A stretch of DNA of 64,000 nt from Bacteroidales bacterium (GTDB taxonomy: Bacteria > Bacteroidota > Bacteroidia > Bacteroidales > UBA12077): NCBI GenBank assembly GCA_016342685.1, contig JAEINU010000001.1, forward strand, positions 1,332,933-1,396,932. Direction: 5' to 3'. How positions within the stretch are numbered: the first letter of the stretch is position 1; every line of letters starts with the position of its first letter. Shown here piece after piece: positions 57,432 to 64,000 of this stretch. Made by a program: the position numbers and the translations under genes. The notes under the pieces were generated by a model, which had not been told where the DNA came from, ran no database searches, and saw nothing but the letters and a program-made list of their open reading frames with translations.

Positions 57432-57809
57432 ATGAAAGTATTCAAGACATTTTTAGCACTAAGTCTAATATTATTTACATCACAAATATTTGGACAGAAC
57501 CTACCTGATTCTTATCAAACCATGTTCGGCGAAATTATTACAAACTTTGAAACAATTCGTACAGGGAATTCTGTTAGAAAAGGCAAGAATACATTAAGCC
57601 TTCTTAACGAGAATAAAATTGCACTCCGAACTGAACATAAAAAAAAGATAAAAAATCTAACTTTCATTAAAAAGACCGATGATGAAAATAACACTTATTG
57701 GATTGCAGCAAACCAGCTTACAATAGATATGGTAAATAAATATGAAGAGTATGTTACGGAGACATTAGAAGCTATGCTTGAATTATCTGAAAAGAAATCG
57801 AAAGAATAA
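57432..57809 (+). CDS. Hypothetical secreted protein
   Basis: Signal peptide MKVFKTFLALSLILFTSQIFGQ. No recognised motif. Confidence 0.5.
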   Translation: MKVFKTFLALSLILFTSQIFGQNLPDSYQTMFGEIITNFETIRTGNSVRKGKNTLSLLNENKIALRTEHKKKIKNLTFIKKTDDENNTYWIAANQLTIDMVNKYEEYVTETLEAMLELSEKKSKE

Positions 57810-57867
57810 ATTACTTGTTAGATTTCTATGAAACGAAACAAGGTCTTCATAATTATTTAGCCTAGAT

Positions 57868-57918
57868 TACTAGTGATGCGTTAAACTTTAGACGCTAAAG
57901 TTTAACACATCACCAGTG
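57868..57918. terminator. Long imperfect hairpin between convergent genes
   Basis: TACTAGTGATGCGTTAAACTTTA-GACGC-TAAAGTTTAACACATCACCAGTG. ~23-nt arms with three mismatches. Confidence 0.55.
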
Positions 57919-57951
57919 TATTGTAATTAATAGATAAACACGTAATACTTC

Positions 57952-58794
57952 TCAATAAATTATTGATCTTAGGATTTTAAGTTTTTCCTTAAAATTAGTA
58001 TCTCCCAATAAATAATGATATATAACCATCCATAACAAACTCAAGAAGGCATAATATTTAACCTCTTCCATATTAGCTTTTCCGTAACCCTCCATAAAAT
58101 AATCAAACTTTCTGCTCCCATAATAACTAATAAAAGGCCTCGCCAAATCATAAGCTTTTGGTCCTGCCGAAAGATCTCCAAAATCGATAATACCTGCTAC
58201 CCTACCATCATTAATTCTTATATTCCAGTCTTCATAGTCAAAATGTAAAAGTACACTCTCTGTTGAATCTAAAAATGATTCATTTTTATTAAAATATTCT
58301 TTTGCTTTTTCTATTTCTTCCAATGATAAAAAGTTGCCTTTTTTAAAGAAATTAAGACTTTCTTGAAATTCCTTATAAATTTTTTCTTTTAAACTAAGAT
58401 ATTCGCCCTTTCCATTCAATCCAATAAATCCAAAACCTTCAGTTCTTGTTTTATGAATATTACTTAATATATTCCCCATCTGGCAATATATTTCCTTTTC
58501 TTGTTTAGGACTAAGCTTGACTTCATCTAAATCAATACCCTCCATATATTCTTCTACAACAAAATCTTTATGCTTATAAAAAATCTTTGGAACAGGCAAA
58601 TTTTTCAAATTTTCACAAGCAAAAATTTCCCTAAAGACCTGCACTTTTTCCCTTGGCATTTTCAAAATGTACTTGCCTTTTGTGGTTTCAATAATTTTCA
58701 CCAATTGTTCAGCTCCTTTAGATTTATCAACAATTTTAATTATGGTTTCATTTAAAGAATCTTCAAATAATCGAACTGTTTTATCTTCATTCAT
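57952..58794 (-). CDS. Aminoglycoside phosphotransferase/choline-kinase-family (APH-like) kinase
   Basis: Brenner-like HFDYEDWNIRI and metal-binding IIDFGD motifs. Start placed at the internal ATG at 58794 (MNEDKTV...). Confidence 0.75.
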   Translation of the reverse strand: MNEDKTVRLFEDSLNETIIKIVDKSKGAEQLVKIIETTKGKYILKMPREKVQVFREIFACENLKNLPVPKIFYKHKDFVVEEYMEGIDLDEVKLSPKQEKEIYCQMGNILSNIHKTRTEGFGFIGLNGKGEYLSLKEKIYKEFQESLNFFKKGNFLSLEEIEKAKEYFNKNESFLDSTESVLLHFDYEDWNIRINDGRVAGIIDFGDLSAGPKAYDLARPFISYYGSRKFDYFMEGYGKANMEEVKYYAFLSLLWMVIYHYLLGDTNFKEKLKILRSIIY

Positions 58795-59079
58795 AACAAT
58801 CAATTTGAAATTACTGCATAATGTCACTTACATATTGATTACAGATATGCGAATATAATCGTATTCTGAATATTTAGATTTTTTTATATAATCATTTACA
58901 TTGTTCTAATAATGTAATGATTACTCCTGCTAACTTAAAGAACTCTTAACTTTTTTGTTCATTCAAATATTTTTTTTACTTTGTTTTATTATCCTCTATG
59001 GAACTGTTTAATCAAACTGCCAAATTGTATACAATGAAAACGGAAAAAATACTTTTAAAAAGAATAATTTCAAATCAAT

Positions 59080-61401
59080 TCATTCATAACTATTAATTGT
59101 AGCAACAATGTTTTTATTAGCAAGCCTTAGAACACCATTTAAAATAGAAAACACCAAGATTATATGAATCAAAATACTAGGATATATATAATAATGAGCT
59201 CCATTATTGATATGGAATATAAAACCAGAAAGCCACAAATTTGCTAAATTTGTATACAGCCAACTTGCTATTAATACAGCAATTATGAATACAATTAAAT
59301 ACTCTTTCATTAATAACTTAATAATACTTTGAACTGTTGCACCATGAATTTTTCTAATAACAACATCTTTCGATCTTAAATCAACAATTGATTGTGCATA
59401 GAAATAAAAACCAAAAAAAATTAAGATCAAGGTTAGGCTTGAAAAAGCGGTCATATACTTTAACATAAAATCTTCTTCTTGATATAACGATTTAAGATAT
59501 TCTTTATAAAAAATCAATTTAGGTTTTCTCTTATAAATACGCTCATAAACATCGGAAATCATTTCTGTTCTCACCTGATCATCTGAGGTAAAAGTTACGA
59601 GTATTTCATAACATTGTTCGGGCTTACAAACTATTAGGATGGGATAATTTTCTTTTCGGACCGGAACCATACTAATATCTTCTACTACACCAATAATTCT
59701 CATTCCTGATTCTAATTCATGACCAATAATATTAACCACTCCAATTTGTTTTGCTAAAGATTTACTAACAATACAATTCGAATTATTATTACTATAAGTT
59801 TTAAACCCTTCGCCTTGTATATATCTCACACCTAGAGTTTCTAATGTGTTTTGATCTACACTCAACTTTGCAGTCAAAACATATCTTTCAACTTCATCTA
59901 CGCACTTTATTCGAGTCATTCCCTGAGGTAATTCTGAAGGAGGCATTTTTCCTATTCTCGTTACTCCTGATACGGTTGAAAGCTTTTTCAATTCCAATGA
60001 AAACACATTAAAATCTTGTTCAGATAAATCATTCTTCATAATAACCAGCTCCCGATTCTTAATCCCGAGATCTCTGTTAACCACAAACTGCAATTGTGAT
60101 TTAATCATAAACGTACAAGAGAGTAAAACAAATGCTACAAATATCTGAACACCAAGAAATATATTCCCAAATACTTTTTTTCTTTTCGCATAATTATATG
60201 TCTTTAATCTGTCAATGCGATGATATTTTATTATTGATTTAAAATAAAACATTGGAATCACAGTCGAAATGATGAGAATTATAATAGATGTGGATATAAA
60301 AACTCCATCAAACCAGTTAAAGTAGTCTTTAATAACGATATTTAAATTATCGAAAGACGAATATGCTTTTCTGCTTAATAAATATGCAAAACATGCTGCA
60401 ACAAAAACAAAAATTGCACTATCAGAAACAAAGCCATACCAAACACTACTCCTGTTTACACCAAATATTCCTTTTAAAGCAAACTCCTTTATTCGCATAC
60501 GCAAAAGAATTATAAACATTAAGTTATAATTAAAAACAATACACATAAACATTAATATAATAGCTATTAGAAATACAGATATCAATTTAATATTTCCTGA
60601 AGGATATGTATTAAAGTTTAAAAATTCCGATCTTAGATACACCTCTTTTAAAGGCTGAAAAAAGAATCCTTCCTTGTATGTAGTTCCTTTAAATTGGTAT
60701 TCCTCTGCTTGTATACTATTTAATTTTTCAATCTTATTATTTTCCTTCAGTAAAATAAAAGCTAAATCAAAATAACTATCATTAAAACCAAATACCTCCT
60801 CATTTTTCACAAAAAGATCACTACGCAAACAGGTTGTATTCTTAAAATCATCAATTACCCCTGTTATTGTAACCTGTATTGTATCGTTACTATTTGTAAG
60901 AACTATAATATCTCCTACTGGATTTCGGTTGCTGTAATTTTTTTTAGAAAATGACCTGGAAATTAAACAATCATTTTTTTCAAGATTAAAAGATGAGCTA
61001 TCTCCATAAATAAAATTAGGACTAAAAATATTTAAGAAATCACCTTCATAGAAAATAACGTTTTGACATATTGAATTCGAATCCTTTCTAATATTCATGT
61101 TTTGTATATTATTTATACCAACATAAGATTCAACTTCTGGATATTTCTGCTTTAAATCTTCAAGCGTTGGCATCCAGGCAGGTAAAGTATAATCTGGATC
61201 GGATCCGCTAATGGTCGAATTAATCATTCGATATATTCTATCTTTTTTTACAAAATTATCGTGAGTTAATTCACCATAAATAAACAAGCTTAATAAGCTA
61301 ATCACAGAAATCAATAGTATATATGCCAAAAGGTTAAAAAAAAACAAAGATGATCTTTTCTTTATTCTTTGAAAGAGAAGAGAAAAATATAAGTTTATCA
61401 C
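59080..61401 (-). CDS. Divergent FtsX/MacB-like ABC permease (third in the window)
   Basis: 773 aa with the same two-bundle architecture as 3303-5651. The N-terminus is divergent and the start is GTG. No adjacent ATPase or sigma-54 regulator gene. Confidence 0.7.
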   Translation of the reverse strand: MINLYFSLLFQRIKKRSSLFFFNLLAYILLISVISLLSLFIYGELTHDNFVKKDRIYRMINSTISGSDPDYTLPAWMPTLEDLKQKYPEVESYVGINNIQNMNIRKDSNSICQNVIFYEGDFLNIFSPNFIYGDSSSFNLEKNDCLISRSFSKKNYSNRNPVGDIIVLTNSNDTIQVTITGVIDDFKNTTCLRSDLFVKNEEVFGFNDSYFDLAFILLKENNKIEKLNSIQAEEYQFKGTTYKEGFFFQPLKEVYLRSEFLNFNTYPSGNIKLISVFLIAIILMFMCIVFNYNLMFIILLRMRIKEFALKGIFGVNRSSVWYGFVSDSAIFVFVAACFAYLLSRKAYSSFDNLNIVIKDYFNWFDGVFISTSIIILIISTVIPMFYFKSIIKYHRIDRLKTYNYAKRKKVFGNIFLGVQIFVAFVLLSCTFMIKSQLQFVVNRDLGIKNRELVIMKNDLSEQDFNVFSLELKKLSTVSGVTRIGKMPPSELPQGMTRIKCVDEVERYVLTAKLSVDQNTLETLGVRYIQGEGFKTYSNNNSNCIVSKSLAKQIGVVNIIGHELESGMRIIGVVEDISMVPVRKENYPILIVCKPEQCYEILVTFTSDDQVRTEMISDVYERIYKRKPKLIFYKEYLKSLYQEEDFMLKYMTAFSSLTLILIFFGFYFYAQSIVDLRSKDVVIRKIHGATVQSIIKLLMKEYLIVFIIAVLIASWLYTNLANLWLSGFIFHINNGAHYYIYPSILIHIILVFSILNGVLRLANKNIVATINSYE

Positions 61402-61927
61402 GTGGAAAAATTATAAGTATTGGTATGAAATCCTATTCTTAATACAAGTATAACAATAGTATTTTTATTCTAATAGATTTTTGTTGTAAAAAACATATAA
61501 TTCTAATAAACAATAATACTTTTAACCAATTACTTTTTGTTTTCTTTTAACCTAAAATTTATGTGCCTTTTGCTTAAAATCGCAAAAGGCATATTTTTAT
61601 TTAATTACATATGCAGATTACTTTAAGATCTCACAAAAACGTTTTAATTAATCTGATTTTTTATAGTTTCAATTTCTTTTTGCAAAAAGATGAAATCTAA
61701 GGTGTTCTTATAATTTAAAATTAATAAGCTTACACTAAGCTATTAATAAGTGTCAAATTATTATTTTTAGTTATAATTTATTTAATATCAGACACTTTAC
61801 TTGCATTTGTGATTAAATTGTTATTCTTTTACAATACGAAAAATGAAACTCTATTCGCAATACACTGTTTTCTTCTCATCTAAATTTTCTTGCAGATAAT
61901 TGTCTAGTAGAACTTTAATAATATTTT

Positions 61928-62368
61928 ATGTTAGATTTTAAAATTTACAATCCAAGTACAAAACTGTCAACACTGGATAAAATGAATACCGTTGACTTCT
62001 TACACAAACATCTAGAACAATATGGAGATGAAAAATCAGATATTGAAAAAGCTATCAAATATTCTTTAAAAGAAGAGTTATCATTTGGTGGATTTATTCT
62101 TAAAGCTTTTGATAAAGATCAACTAGTCGGAGTTGTAGTTATTAATAAAACAGGAATGTCGGGATATATTCCCGAAAACATTTTGGTTTATATAGCTGTG
62201 GATAGTTCTCAGAGAGGTAAAGGACATGGCAAATCGTTAATGAATAAAGCGATTGAATTATGTGAGGGAAATATCGCATTGCATGTTGAAAAAGATAATC
62301 CAGCTAGATTTTTATATGAAAAAGTTGGATTTACTAATCCATATCTTGAAATGAGACTAAAAAAATAA
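61928..62368 (+). CDS. GNAT-family N-acetyltransferase
   Basis: 146 aa. Motif A VDSSQRGKGHGKSLMNKA. Confidence 0.8.
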   Translation: MLDFKIYNPSTKLSTLDKMNTVDFLHKHLEQYGDEKSDIEKAIKYSLKEELSFGGFILKAFDKDQLVGVVVINKTGMSGYIPENILVYIAVDSSQRGKGHGKSLMNKAIELCEGNIALHVEKDNPARFLYEKVGFTNPYLEMRLKK

Positions 62369-62372
62369 AATT

Positions 62373-63443
62373 ATGGCTTTTGTTGTTTTAAATACGGAAA
62401 AACTATCACATAATTTCACCTATTTAAATAAAATGTTTAAAAAGCATAATATTGAATGGGCTGTTGTTTCTAAAATATTATGTGGTCATAAAGGATATAT
62501 TACCGAAGTAATTAATCTTGGAATAAAGCAAATTTGTGATTCAAGGGTTTCCAATCTTAAAGTTATTAAGGATATTGACCCCAAAATAGAAACGATTTAT
62601 ATAAAACCACCTGCAAAACGATCTTTAAAAAGTATCATTAAATATGCCGATATCAGCATTAATACCGAATTCTCTACCATAAAGCAACTTAATGTAGAAG
62701 CTAAAAAGCTTAATAAAACCCATAAGATAATAATTATGATCGAGATGGGCGAACTTCGTGAAGGAGTTATGGGGGATGATTTCATTGACTTTTACGAGTC
62801 TGTATTTAACCTTTCTAATATTGAAGTGGTTGGAATAGGAACAAATTTAAATTGTTTATATGGTGTGCTACCAAATCAAGATAAACTAATTCAGTTAAGT
62901 TTATATGAGCAATTAATTGAAGCAAAATTTAATAAAAATATTACATATGTATCTGGTGGCTCATCTGTTACTATACCATTGATATTTAAAGGACTTTTGC
63001 CAAAAAGCATTAATCACTTTAGGGTGGGAGAAACACTTTTTCTTGGCACAGATGTCTACAACGACAGCACGATTAGAAATATGGAACATAATGTTTTTCA
63101 ATTATTTGCCGAAATAATTGAATTATCAGAGAAACCTATCGTTCCAAGTGGTGAAATGGGAACAAACGTTGAAGGTGCAGAGTATGAATTTAATGATAGT
63201 GATTTAGGAAAAAATTCATATCGAGCAATCCTTGATATTGGTTTATTAGACGTTGAAGATAGGCATATTCAACCAAAAGACAATTCAATAGAGATTGCTG
63301 GCTCTAGTTCTGATATGATTGTACTAGACATAGGGAAAAACTCAAAAAATTACAAAGTGGGTGATTTAATTGAGTTTCAGCTAGACTACATGGGTACATT
63401 GAGTGTTTTAAATTCTAAATATATTGAAAAAAAGATAAAATAA
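62373..63443 (+). CDS. Alanine-racemase-fold PLP enzyme (ornithine racemase/YhfX-like)
   Basis: The N-terminal barrel has the PLP-lysine context WAVVSKILCGH. SGGSSVTIPL and HFRVGETLFLG blocks. The start is 4 nt after the GNAT stop. Confidence 0.65.
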   Translation: MAFVVLNTEKLSHNFTYLNKMFKKHNIEWAVVSKILCGHKGYITEVINLGIKQICDSRVSNLKVIKDIDPKIETIYIKPPAKRSLKSIIKYADISINTEFSTIKQLNVEAKKLNKTHKIIIMIEMGELREGVMGDDFIDFYESVFNLSNIEVVGIGTNLNCLYGVLPNQDKLIQLSLYEQLIEAKFNKNITYVSGGSSVTIPLIFKGLLPKSINHFRVGETLFLGTDVYNDSTIRNMEHNVFQLFAEIIELSEKPIVPSGEMGTNVEGAEYEFNDSDLGKNSYRAILDIGLLDVEDRHIQPKDNSIEIAGSSSDMIVLDIGKNSKNYKVGDLIEFQLDYMGTLSVLNSKYIEKKIK

Positions 63444-63496
63444 TATAGTTGGTAGCAAACTCCCGCCTTCCATTATAGATTGTGAAGCAATGTTGA

Positions 63497-64000
63497 CTAA
63501 CGTCTTATTTTTTTTTCAATATATTTTGAGTTTACTATCCTTAGGGTGCCTACATAGTCTAATCTAAATTCTATCAAATCGCCTACTTTATATTTCTTTC
63601 TATTTTTGTCAAGGTCAATTACAATCATATCTGAACTCGCTCCTGCTATTTTAATAGTTTTATCAACTAATTCAATATGATTAATATCTACATCAAGCAA
63701 TCCTAAGTCTATAATTGCCCTGTTTGAAGTTTCTCCAATGTTTTTTTGGTCAAACTCGAATTCCTCTCCTTCAACATTAGTTCCAAGTTCTCCTTCAGGA
63801 ATCATTGGTTTTTCGATTAATTCAATTATCTCAGAATATAATTTAAATATATCCGATTTCATTTTTTTAAAAGGTCTATTATTATAAACATCAGTACCTA
63901 AAAAAAGAGTTTCTCCCACCCTAAAATGATTGATTCCTTTAGGTAGCAAATTTTGAAAAATTAATGGTATTGTAACAGATGAACCTCCTGAAACATAATC
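63497..64000 (-). CDS. Second alanine-racemase-fold paralog, C-terminal half (gene continues beyond window end)
   Basis: The reading frame is open to position 64000 (…DYVSGGSSVTIPLIFQNLLPKGINHFRVGETLFLG...). By eye roughly two-thirds identical to the C-terminal half of 62373-63443. The two genes are convergent, 53 nt apart. Confidence 0.7.
   Translation of the reverse strand, partial: DYVSGGSSVTIPLIFQNLLPKGINHFRVGETLFLGTDVYNNRPFKKMKSDIFKLYSEIIELIEKPMIPEGELGTNVEGEEFEFDQKNIGETSNRAIIDLGLLDVDINHIELVDKTIKIAGASSDMIVIDLDKNRKKYKVGDLIEFRLDYVGTLRIVNSKYIEKKIRR

Noticed and set aside
1-64000. Search for tRNA, rRNA, CRISPR arrays, integrases, transposases and prophage genes.
   Set aside because: Visual scanning found no T-loop-like GGTTCGAATCC-type motifs, no regularly spaced direct repeats and no recombinase-like ORFs. 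A covariance-model scan would be needed to exclude small RNAs formally.

Overview
AT-rich chromosomal segment with Bacteroidota hallmarks: TAnnTTTG-type -7 promoter boxes, no obvious Shine-Dalgarno sequences, ~780-aa FtsX-like permeases beside sigma-54 two-component pairs, a BlaI/M56 pair, a DUF4252-like protein and a patatin-Omp85 fusion. About 55 protein-coding genes are supported. I saw no rRNA, tRNA, CRISPR array, transposase, integrase or phage genes. Most of the window is ordinary accessory and regulatory content: five two-component systems, TetR, AraC and Crp-like regulators, ion channels, and ABC transporters. Eight things stand out. (1) A minus-strand operon (15.3-22.6 kb) combines the Ni chaperones HypA and HypB and an HX4DH Ni permease with an 899-aa Fe-S flavoprotein and two paralogous uncharacterised polytopic membrane proteins. 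No hydrogenase, urease or CODH gene is present. The operon sits behind a perfect 16-bp FNR-like palindrome, next to a Crp/Fnr-family regulator gene. (2) The same 29-bp box plus -7 box is repeated in front of the patatin-Omp85 phospholipase gene. (3) A compact operon encodes a LicC-like cytidylyltransferase, a CobD-like phospho-amino-acid decarboxylase and a small CDP-alcohol phosphatidyltransferase, which suggests a Kennedy-type amino-alcohol lipid headgroup pathway. (4) A 101-aa protein carries all three stefin/cystatin contact motifs (IPG, QLVAG, LPG). (5) The promoter region of that gene is duplicated upstream of a Cys-rich 118-aa ORF, which lies next to a LytTR two-component system. (6) The module of FtsX permease plus divergent sigma-54 RR/HK is duplicated, with a conserved TGGCA/TGGTA promoter block. 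(7) A full-length RapA (SNF2) gene, visibly more GC-rich than its neighbours, follows a 770-bp gene desert. (8) A family of GTCAT...GATC hairpin/MITE-like repeats sits at 3' gene ends. All functional calls come from motif recognition by eye. No database search was run.
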